Source of the DNA: Escherichia phage EcSzw_1
Sequence record: MH791413.1
Strand: one strand, 5' to 3'
Length of the DNA stretch: 64,000 nt
The notes under the pieces were generated by a model that saw only the letters and a list, made by a program, of their open reading frames with translations, searched no databases and was not told the DNA's origin. Both the position numbers and the translations under genes were made by a program. Below, one piece after another: positions 56,176-64,000 of this stretch; within the stretch, counting starts at the first letter, position 1; the number at the start of each line of letters is the position of its first letter.

Positions 56176-58415
56176 TATTCTTCCTCTGGGTAACTTGAGT
56201 TAAGAAGGATATCTTCTTGGTTCTTGTCCATGATATCAACCGTCTTATTAGCAATCTGCTTACCATCCAGATTGAATGAAACATTCAGGGTCTGTCTAGT
56301 CTGCATAGGGAAACCAGAAGGTGTCATCATCATTGGGGTTTGGTTGAACTTAGTTGCAAAGTTATTTAAAGACTCTGACAAGTTGTTCATGATAATATCC
56401 CAATTGGACATTCCATTATCAACAAAGCTACGATTACCTTGAGCATCTACAGAATATTGTGCAAACTGTAGCTGTCCATTCTGGTCAAAGAACATTGGAC
56501 GTTTTGGGTTGGTAATGCTTGATACGGCATCTTCGAAAGGTTTTGGAAGATTTACTTCACTATATCTTCCGTTATTCTTTCTGTCTGTAGAACCGGATAA
56601 CATCAATGATGAACCAACTGTACCAAGAGCCATTCTTGTTGCTGTGACTCCTGCAACACCTGCTGCTTCAGATGCGGCTGCTGCACCACCTAAACCAAAT
56701 CTCTGCATGATTTTTGCAAAGATACCTTCTTCAAAGATACTCTTAACGAATGCTACAGTCCCACCAAAGATTTTTGCAACCTTCGTGATAGCGGCAATTG
56801 CAACACCAATCATAGCAAAGGTTGAGACCAGTTCAGCAGAATCCTTGATAAGTTTCTGTTGACTTGCATCCAAATCCTTGTACCATGCCATTGCAGAGTA
56901 GTACAGTGAAGATGTTCTATACATGATATCTGTTACGAAGTCAAGTAAGTTACCAGCACCTTTTAACAGGTAACCAATCACTGTACCGAGTGCTTCAGCA
57001 GTACCCATAGAACCTTGTAAGAACATTGCAATGGATTGTGAAAGCTGTGAAATACCGTCGCTAGAGTTGTTAAACAATGCAACTAACATGTTATCCCACA
57101 TAGACTTTGCTTGACCCATTGAGGTAGCTGTCTGCTTAGATACGGCATTCATACCACCTGCTGCCTGTACCAACTCAGCCATCTTTTCAGATACCTTTGG
57201 AAGTACATCTTCAGCAAGGAGTTTACCGTCCTTCATCATCTTATCAAGTTCTTGTGGTGTCTTACCGATAGCGTCAGCAAACAGCTGTACAGCACCTGCC
57301 AAACGGTCACCTAACTGACCACGGAGTTCTTCAGCCTGAATCTTACCCTTAGAAGCCATCTGCTGGAAAGCAACCATGATACCTTTCAGGTCTTCGTCTG
57401 TTGCACCCCTGATACGGGAGAACATCGCAGCGTTCTTATAGAACTCCTGAGTTCCTTGGAATCCAAGAGCAGGTTGAGCACCAGCAGCAAAGTTTGCGTA
57501 TTGCTTCATGGTCGCTGTGTAGTTCTGTCCAATCTGATGAGCGAACGATGCAGCGAACATTCTGGCTTGCTGTGTATCTGCTCCGAAGATAGCTGTTGAG
57601 GCTAACTGTGCAGATTGTCTTTTAACACCTGCATCAATTGTTTTCTGAGCCAATTCTAAGGCTGCATAAGCTGAAACAAAACCACCAATCATCTGACGTA
57701 GAGATGAGTTAGCTCTTTCCTGAAGCCAAGCTGATTCTCTGACTGACTTGAGTCTAGCATTTTCTGCAATAACCCAACGCTTGGTAACGTCAATGAGCTT
57801 TTTGACTTCCATCTCATATTCACCGACTTTACCAGTTCCCTTATATTTGTTATAAAGACTTTGCAAGTTCCCTCTGAAGGAAGCTGCCATTTGATTACCT
57901 TGTCCACCAATAGTTTCAAGGCGACGTGTCAGACCAGAATAGAAGTTGTTGTTAAACATTCTTTCCATCTGTCTCTGAGCAATATCGGGTCTTGGAGGTC
58001 TTGGGTTGCCACTTCCACCAGTAGGAGGGAAGCCAGTACCACCTTTTCTACCACCACGAACAGTGACTTTTCCATCAACTTTCATAGCGTCTCTTAAAGC
58101 CTTGTTAATTTCCTTGGCAGTTTTTCTACCTTGCGTCTCCAGTCTTTTAAGAGATTTAACACCTTGTGAATCAAGGTTAAGGGAGTTGTTGAGTGCTTTA
58201 TTGATTCTGCCCGAAGCAGTCTGAGCGTTTTTTACAATTCTGTTTAATGCTTCCTGTGAAGACTTATTAGGTTTCACGTCAAAGGCTTTGTTAATATTAC
58301 GTTCAATTCGTTGAGCAGACTGCATAGCCATCTTTTCAACTCTCTGCAAACCTTTAACAACCTTTTCACTGAAACCCAACTCCACAATAAAGCTATCAAC
58401 TGTATATTGTGCCAT
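56175..58415 (-). CDS. Tail tape measure protein
   Basis: 746 aa; long helical/coiled N-terminal region; Gly-rich [23 protein letters not shown]; downstream of tail chaperones. Confidence 0.75.
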
Positions 58416-58654
58416 TAAATTTTACCTGCCCTTCTAAGTTCGTTATAAGCAATTTCTTCTTTGTATGACCTCTGGATTTCTAAATACTGTCGCAGAGATA
58501 ATAAATCAGAGAAAGTCATTGAGAAGAGTTGGTCGAGTGTTTCTTTACACCCTTCCATACCGTAAATAGCAAGCACAAATTTCATCTCATCTGCTTCTTC
58601 ATAAGTTGCTGCTACAGCCCCATCAGTCAATGGGGTCTGCATAGCACTACTCAT
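58415..58654 (-). CDS. Tail assembly chaperone frameshift extension ORF (T-like)
   Basis: 79-aa ORF in the -1 frame relative to the upstream chaperone; start 2 nt after its stop; stop overlaps tape-measure start. Confidence 0.55.
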   Translation of the reverse strand: MSSAMQTPLTDGAVAATYEEADEMKFVLAIYGMEGCKETLDQLFSMTFSDLLSLRQYLEIQRSYKEEIAYNELRRAGKI

Positions 58655-58656
58655 GC

Positions 58657-59067
58657 TTACTGAGAAGTTAGGCTTTTGAAAATGCTTGCTTCGAAAAAAC
58701 TTCCGAAATTAGCCTCCAGAGCAAATGCCAAGAAGTCAATAAATTCACCGTAGTTTGCTTGGAAGTATTTATCTACGTTTAGAGGGAAGTCATCTACAGT
58801 TGCACCTTGGAATAACAGAGCAGCCATTGAGTCAATATCGAGTTCATCAATACGGTCAAAGCAAGCTTCAACTAATTCTTTGAAAGGTACTGCTGTTACA
58901 CTTTCTTCACCTTCTTTCTGCTCTTTCCCAGATAAACTTGAAAACATCTGAGCAATTGTCGGTACAACAACTTTACCAAGTTTCATCGACATTTTAATAC
59001 CATCTCTTGCACCTAGCAGGACAATATTCACTTTCTTACCATTAATAATTTTAGATTCTGTCTTCAT
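58657..59067 (-). CDS. Tail assembly chaperone (G-like)
   Basis: 136 aa; between tail tube and tape measure; slippery site near 3' end. Confidence 0.6.
   Translation of the reverse strand: MKTESKIINGKKVNIVLLGARDGIKMSMKLGKVVVPTIAQMFSSLSGKEQKEGEESVTAVPFKELVEACFDRIDELDIDSMAALLFQGATVDDFPLNVDKYFQANYGEFIDFLAFALEANFGSFFEASIFKSLTSQ
58693..58699 (-). promoter_or_regulatory. Putative -1 programmed ribosomal frameshift slippery heptamer T_TTT_TTC
   Basis: Minus-strand GTTTTTTCGAAGC about 12 codons before the chaperone stop; hand translation shows the -1 frame runs stop-free into the 58415..58654 ORF. Confidence 0.5.
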
Positions 59068-59146
59068 TGTGATTCCTTAAATTTCTTAGGTTCTATAAAC
59101 GAAAAAAGGGAAGACCTTTTACAGTCTCCCCCTTATTAGGATGTTC

Positions 59147-59593
59147 TTAAACACTTGACGCAGGAATCGTAGAAGTGTAGTCTAGCTTCTCACAACCAAA
59201 AATCCAAGTTTTAGAGTTCTGGTCACGACCAAGTTCAATCTGTGGCAGTTCCTGCAACCATGCGTTAATACCAGTTGCCAGAACAGAACCAGATGGGTCG
59301 TAGATTACGAAGTTAGAAGAGATATCTACTTCAAGTTCCATGTCATCTTGTTTAGCTTGAATCGCAGAAAGCATCTGATTAGAGAGTGAAGTCTGCATTA
59401 ACTCAATCTCAATAGTACCTGTCTTATCTGCGTTTCTTGTCAGAGCTACCTGACCACCTGCACCAACAACTGGTGTAACAAGTGGAGAAGTTCTCTGTAG
59501 ACGTAAGAATGAATCTGGAGCAAAGCCTTCAATGGCAATACCATTCCAGCTACATACAACGTCTTTAGGGGAATATTGCTGATACATAGCCAT
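59147..59593 (-). CDS. Tail tube protein
   Basis: 148 aa; immediately downstream of sheath gene. Confidence 0.55.
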   Translation of the reverse strand: MAMYQQYSPKDVVCSWNGIAIEGFAPDSFLRLQRTSPLVTPVVGAGGQVALTRNADKTGTIEIELMQTSLSNQMLSAIQAKQDDMELEVDISSNFVIYDPSGSVLATGINAWLQELPQIELGRDQNSKTWIFGCEKLDYTSTIPASSV

Positions 59594-59608
59594 TCCAATT
59601 TACCTCTA

Positions 59609-60961
59609 TTATTCGTAAGCCACTGTACCTTTCAAGTCAACATCCAAGATAGCACCTGCTAAGATACCTGCGAAGGTAACATCTTTCAGGATACGAGCTT
59701 TCTTGTCTGCTAAAGCAACTTGAGAGGCTTTAGGAACATTAACTGTGTAAGATGACAGGAAGTTTCTGTTAACTGCTCTTTGCAGAGAGGTTTCAATGAC
59801 CTGACGAATACGGGTAATACCAGTATCATCATAAGTAATCTTACCACCCTTCTGATTAATTAGCAAGTCTCTAAGAGAAGTTTTCAAGTCAGATTCTAAC
59901 CAGTCAACACCACGGATGATATCAATCCATTCACCACCAGAAGTGATACCTCTACGTACAACTGGAACACCGCCATCAAGGTCGATGAAGTTGCAGTGAC
60001 GTACATCCAAAGCGGATTTCTGAATGCTTGTCAGAGGTCTCTGGTTAGCTGGCTGAAGAGATGCTTCAACACCAGTCAACTGAGCGTTACCCCAAGCAAT
60101 GGAACCTGCGTCATATGGAGCACCATAAGCGATGTAAGCCATTTCTGGGTAGTCATAACTTGCAGTGTGATGCCATAGGCAAACAGTACGTGTGTACATG
60201 CTCTTAGCAAGTTGTGCAGGAACATCAGAAGCTGATGCCAATTCAGTACCTTGCAGGGCAGCTACATCAGAGTTAGCTGTGAAGAAAATCTTCTTACGAG
60301 CCTGAATCTCAGAAGCCATTGCCAAGACGAACTGTGTAGTTCTGTCTTCAGCAGAAATGAAGTACCAGTCAGTTGAGTACGTTTCAATTGCAGCCAGAGC
60401 ACTTGCAGCAGTATCAGCAGTTGTACCAGCGATTGACACAGAACTTGTTGTTGATGTAACTTTTACGAAGTCATTGTCACCAGCTTTTGTAACAATCATG
60501 GTTGCAGAGCTACCAGTACCTGTTACGTTGATAGTAACATCATCTTTGATTGTTGGGTCAGCTTCAATCTGCTCTTTAAACTGCGTCAGTACAATCAGAG
60601 CGGTGTCATCAGCTTGAGCAGTGTATTGGTATGGCTGAGAAACCCCACCACCTACAGCAACCGTCAGAGAGTAATCTGTGCTTTCAGTTACTTCATCGGG
60701 GATTGAAACTGTATACTGCATAGCACGTCTACCAATATATAGCTGAGTTACTTTTGGAGTCTGACTCCATAGTTGTTTTGCAGCTTTATAAGCAGCAGTA
60801 CTTTCACCGAAATCTTCAGCAACTTCAGTCAGAGAAGTATAGCCACGAACCCTTTCTTCAAAGTTGTCTGTTGACGCTAAGAATAATGGTAGACCAAAAC
60901 CTTCTCTCGTAGTTCCTGCGGTGTTCAATGTAATATCTACATTAACAATTGGATTCCACAT
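59609..60961 (-). CDS. Tail sheath protein
   Basis: 450 aa; position upstream of tube, chaperones and tape measure. Confidence 0.6.
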   Translation of the reverse strand: MWNPIVNVDITLNTAGTTREGFGLPLFLASTDNFEERVRGYTSLTEVAEDFGESTAAYKAAKQLWSQTPKVTQLYIGRRAMQYTVSIPDEVTESTDYSLTVAVGGGVSQPYQYTAQADDTALIVLTQFKEQIEADPTIKDDVTINVTGTGSSATMIVTKAGDNDFVKVTSTTSSVSIAGTTADTAASALAAIETYSTDWYFISAEDRTTQFVLAMASEIQARKKIFFTANSDVAALQGTELASASDVPAQLAKSMYTRTVCLWHHTASYDYPEMAYIAYGAPYDAGSIAWGNAQLTGVEASLQPANQRPLTSIQKSALDVRHCNFIDLDGGVPVVRRGITSGGEWIDIIRGVDWLESDLKTSLRDLLINQKGGKITYDDTGITRIRQVIETSLQRAVNRNFLSSYTVNVPKASQVALADKKARILKDVTFAGILAGAILDVDLKGTVAYE

Positions 60962-61561
60962 TTATTTTACCCCTTTGGAGTCTACATCTAGATGGATAGT
61001 ATATTCTGGTGGCTCCTGTCCTTCCTCATAAACCAACTCACCATCAACGATAACGCACTCAATAATACCGCCACGTTCATCTTTCAAGACTGAGTTCATT
61101 ACAAGGGTTACAACAAGAGGTGCAGAATTTTCGAAATCTGTATTAAGATAAGTGTAATCATTCGGGATAGCTCCAGTATCAAGTACCGTAGCACCTGTCT
61201 GTTCAAGCAAGAAATCCCTTGTGGAACTCATCTCTAACCTTTGTTTTAGCTCCAGCATAATACTGTGAGCACCTTTACCATTTACAGTAATTAGTACGGG
61301 AATCTGAAAAGCAATTCGATAACAAACTACATCATCTTCCACGAATTTATCAAGTAGCCAACCATAAGGTGTTGTAGCATCTTGGCAGTATACTGTAATG
61401 AATGGCTGGTCAGGTTTTAAACCTTTATCGTTAGAGTTGTCAGAGGGGTAAGCCCTAATAACGTTTGGTCTGTTATTCTTATCACGCGCTAATCGGTGAC
61501 CAATAACATCTACCAAAGTTCTGACAATCCCTTTCTCAAGTTCTGCTGTTTCTAACTGCAT
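60962..61561 (-). CDS. Head-tail joining / tail completion protein
   Basis: 199 aa; synteny between capsid and sheath. Confidence 0.4.
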   Translation of the reverse strand: MQLETAELEKGIVRTLVDVIGHRLARDKNNRPNVIRAYPSDNSNDKGLKPDQPFITVYCQDATTPYGWLLDKFVEDDVVCYRIAFQIPVLITVNGKGAHSIMLELKQRLEMSSTRDFLLEQTGATVLDTGAIPNDYTYLNTDFENSAPLVVTLVMNSVLKDERGGIIECVIVDGELVYEEGQEPPEYTIHLDVDSKGVK

Positions 61562-61937
61562 TCATTTTATCCCTTCTAATAATGATATATTCATAATGGG
61601 ATGTGTAAGCTAATTGATTTGACCAGTCCATTGTCATAAATACTTCGTACTCGTGACCATCAATCATCACAATATCAGATTCAGTCCAATCAACATCATC
61701 AGATGTTCTCAACTTAGCTACAGTATAAAGGATTCTGGTATCAGTCAGTCGAATACCTTCAGGTAAAACAATCTGTGTACCATTCTTCACAGAACCCTTA
61801 ATATATGGCTGGATATTACCTTTGCAGTTAATCTCTACAATATCTTCTGAAGCTACCCAATCACCATCGTTATTGTAATAACCATCTTCAGATACTTTGC
61901 GCTTAACTACAAAGCGGTGTCTGTTTAAGAGTCTCAT
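61536..61937 (-). CDS. Head-tail joining protein
   Basis: 133 aa; synteny. Confidence 0.4.
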   Translation of the reverse strand: MRLLNRHRFVVKRKVSEDGYYNNDGDWVASEDIVEINCKGNIQPYIKGSVKNGTQIVLPEGIRLTDTRILYTVAKLRTSDDVDWTESDIVMIDGHEYEVFMTMDWSNQLAYTSHYEYIIIRRDKMNAVRNSRT

Positions 61938-62416
61938 TTCTTAATACCTTTTTTAGTAGAAATTTTATAAGCAAGCTTGTCTCTCAAATCACCTGTCTCT
62001 ACAAGAGGTGCGTTAAAACCTTTTTTCTTGACTGTGGAAGGTGCGTTAGGAGGAAGGATAGCAGTATTACCGAAGCCTCTTTTAATTGACTTTTGAGCAC
62101 TCTTTGCAAATGCTTCCAAAGTGTTTGTAGGGTCTACGTTAAGACTGTTAAGTTGCTTATAGAGATTCTTCTTAGTCTGCTCTAACAAGGTCTGTCTGTT
62201 TAGCATCATAGTGATTTCAAACAACCTACGATATACTTTACCAGAAGCTGAGGGAACCCCAATAACTTCGTGTAAATACATTAAAGCAGGATAAGAAAAA
62301 CCAGAGCTATGTTGACCTTGTTCTTGAAAATACCCAACTTGAGCATTAGCCGTATGCAAGTTCTTCATAGCCCCGACTAATTTAGCTCTCGCGGGGTGAA
62401 TAACCCTTTTAACCAT
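61934..62416 (-). CDS. Head-tail joining protein
   Basis: 160 aa; synteny. Confidence 0.4.
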   Translation of the reverse strand: MVKRVIHPARAKLVGAMKNLHTANAQVGYFQEQGQHSSGFSYPALMYLHEVIGVPSASGKVYRRLFEITMMLNRQTLLEQTKKNLYKQLNSLNVDPTNTLEAFAKSAQKSIKRGFGNTAILPPNAPSTVKKKGFNAPLVETGDLRDKLAYKISTKKGIKK

Positions 62417-62868
62417 TATTCATCTCGCTCGATAATAAATACGCCATTGACATTAGGGCAGAAGTCTCTACCATGATATCTAGCAGCATCGCCATATTCA
62501 GTATATTTCTTGACAGAGCAAGGATTCTGTTGACGCCTGATATCAATATCACACTGACTAATCCCACCCGCATAAGGTAGACCAGACACTGAACTTTTAA
62601 TCAGGTCGTCGTAGACAGCTTTTAGAGACTTGAATCTGGAAGAGTTACGTAAGTAAACACCACCAACTTTCTCATCTCCCATCTTGGCTACTTGAAAGAG
62701 TAAATATTTAAGAGCTTTGATGGCTGCTTTCTTTTCGTCTTTACCAGATTCCACATAGAACCACTCTAGCACCGACTGCTCAATAAGAATTTCATCATTA
62801 TTAGTGTCGGTGCAGAGGATTCTAACTCTATCAAGAGGGTTATTGGCTGGGTCGCCTGTATAACACAT
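62416..62868 (-). CDS. Head completion / connector protein
   Basis: 150 aa; synteny. Confidence 0.4.
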   Translation of the reverse strand: MCYTGDPANNPLDRVRILCTDTNNDEILIEQSVLEWFYVESGKDEKKAAIKALKYLLFQVAKMGDEKVGGVYLRNSSRFKSLKAVYDDLIKSSVSGLPYAGGISQCDIDIRRQQNPCSVKKYTEYGDAARYHGRDFCPNVNGVFIIERDE

Positions 62869-62889
62869 TTATAACCCTCCTTTCAAGTA

Positions 62890-64000
62890 TTAGCCTTGTG
62901 GTGCAGCGTCAGAACGTACATCTACCAGCAACTGAGGACGTGTGCAGTATGGCAGCATGTAAGAGTGAGCTTCGAAGTCAATACCTTCGTCACGGTCTTT
63001 TTCGTATTCGAATACGTACAGTTCCTGACCAAGAGTATTCGCGTAACCCATCTTAGGACATGGGCCATATGCAACTTCGAAGATGTTGTTAGCTTCACCT
63101 AACATAGCGACGTTAGGGAACGCATGACCAACACCTACAGTGTTTGCTACGCCGTCGATGCTTACCAGAACGTGAGTCTTACCACGCTTATCTTGGAACT
63201 TACCATTGTACTGAACAAACTTCACACCACCGTAGTAGAATGTGTTCATGTGAGCCTGAACTCCATCAGTACCACCAGTTCTCAGAGAGCCAGTAATCTG
63301 CTGCCAAGCCAGCGGAGTCTGCTGTGCAAGGTATGCGTCACGAATCTTCGGATGCTTGATAAGCTTGCTGAAGAACAGACGGTCAACAACAATGTGAATT
63401 TCTTCACCGTTGATTACAGTACCAACTTTAGCTTCATCTTCCATGTGCATACGAAGTTCTTCGATAGCAGCGTCGATATCAGCGTTTGGATTGTCAAGGT
63501 CGAAGTAAACAGTCTTCTTCTCAACGTCGAACTGCTTGAACAGGTCAGCGTACAGAACACCGTTAGCGTCGATTACTTTACCCTTCAGAGCTTGCATGAA
63601 CAAGAACTCACGAGTAATATCGAACTTGGTACGAATCTTCATCAGCTTACGAGCACGAACGATAGCTTCAGTAGTCAGTTCGTTTGCAGTGCCTGGCTGA
63701 CGTACACCCTGAATCTCATCAGGAGTAATGCTTTCCACTTCCTTGAAGTACATCATTGGGAAGCTAATCTGCTTAACTCTTTCTGGAGCACTCGTCTCAG
63801 CTTTACGGCTGGTACGGTCTACTGCATCCAGTAAGCTAATGTCAGACTCAGTTAAATCCATCAGAAAAGTAGTCTGAGTAATTGGGGCAGAACGGAAAAG
63901 ACCCAAACCGGAAATATAACCGTAAGTATTTGGGATAGACTGGACTTCACCAGTCAGGTCAGCAAGGAAAAATCTGCTTTTTTCAGAATTAGTTAATGCC
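62890..64000 (-). CDS. Major capsid protein (lambda gpE-like family), 5' end runs off the window
   Basis: Overall resemblance to lambda E-type capsid proteins, recalled from memory. Track start 63906 is a TTG; the frame stays open with no stop up to position 64000, so the true start is either an internal ATG or beyond the window. Confidence 0.6.
   Translation of the reverse strand, partial: ALTNSEKSRFFLADLTGEVQSIPNTYGYISGLGLFRSAPITQTTFLMDLTESDISLLDAVDRTSRKAETSAPERVKQISFPMMYFKEVESITPDEIQGVRQPGTANELTTEAIVRARKLMKIRTKFDITREFLFMQALKGKVIDANGVLYADLFKQFDVEKKTVYFDLDNPNADIDAAIEELRMHMEDEAKVGTVINGEEIHIVVDRLFFSKLIKHPKIRDAYLAQQTPLAWQQITGSLRTGGTDGVQAHMNTFYYGGVKFVQYNGKFQDKRGKTHVLVSIDGVANTVGVGHAFPNVAMLGEANNIFEVAYGPCPKMGYANTLGQELYVFEYEKDRDEGIDFEAHSYMLPYCTRPQLLVDVRSDAAPQG

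Noticed and set aside
63124-63834. 236-aa plus-strand ORF
   Set aside because: Antisense inside the major capsid gene; shadow ORF.

Overview
This 64 kb window looks like part of a virulent tailed dsDNA phage genome (myovirus-type tail, A-family DNA polymerase, T7-like primase-helicase, rIIA/rIIB, class I and class III ribonucleotide reductases, thymidylate synthase and DHFR). The overall organisation resembles Felix O1-like myoviruses, but that is inference from memory, not a database result. No tRNA, rRNA, CRISPR array, integrase or transposase was found. The window has four blocks. (1) 1-7286: a 1 kb non-coding repeat-dense region, then about 15 small minus-strand early genes, 12 of them preceded by a conserved ~80 bp promoter/leader cassette, ending in a G-tract and direct-repeat region. 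(2) 7287-37129, minus strand: a macrodomain protein, a HAD hydrolase, a lytic transglycosylase, rIIB and rIIA, a NAMPT-family plus PRPP-synthetase-family gene pair, nrdG, nrdD, glutaredoxin, nrdB, nrdA, homing endonucleases, RNase H, an SSB-like protein, primase-helicase and dNMP kinase. (3) 37387-46109, plus strand: DNA polymerase, ATP-dependent DNA ligase, small proteins including an XRE-type HTH protein, DHFR and thymidylate synthase. (4) 46149-64000, minus strand: two tail fibres, Mu-like baseplate genes, tape measure, tail chaperones with a -1 frameshift site, tail tube, sheath, head-tail proteins and a lambda-E-like major capsid gene that runs off the window edge. The strongest candidate for an accessory system is the adjacent PRPP-synthetase-like and NAMPT-like pair (15746-18499), which matches the layout of the phage NAD+ reconstitution pathway NARP1, with a TARG1/DarG-type macrodomain protein about 8 kb away. 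All functional calls are from motif recognition by eye; several starts in the ORF track appear to be TTG codons and were moved to SD-preceded ATGs where I could verify them. Ambiguous N bases occur at 570, 2211, 3118-3124, 3939, 4970, 6410 and 17318.
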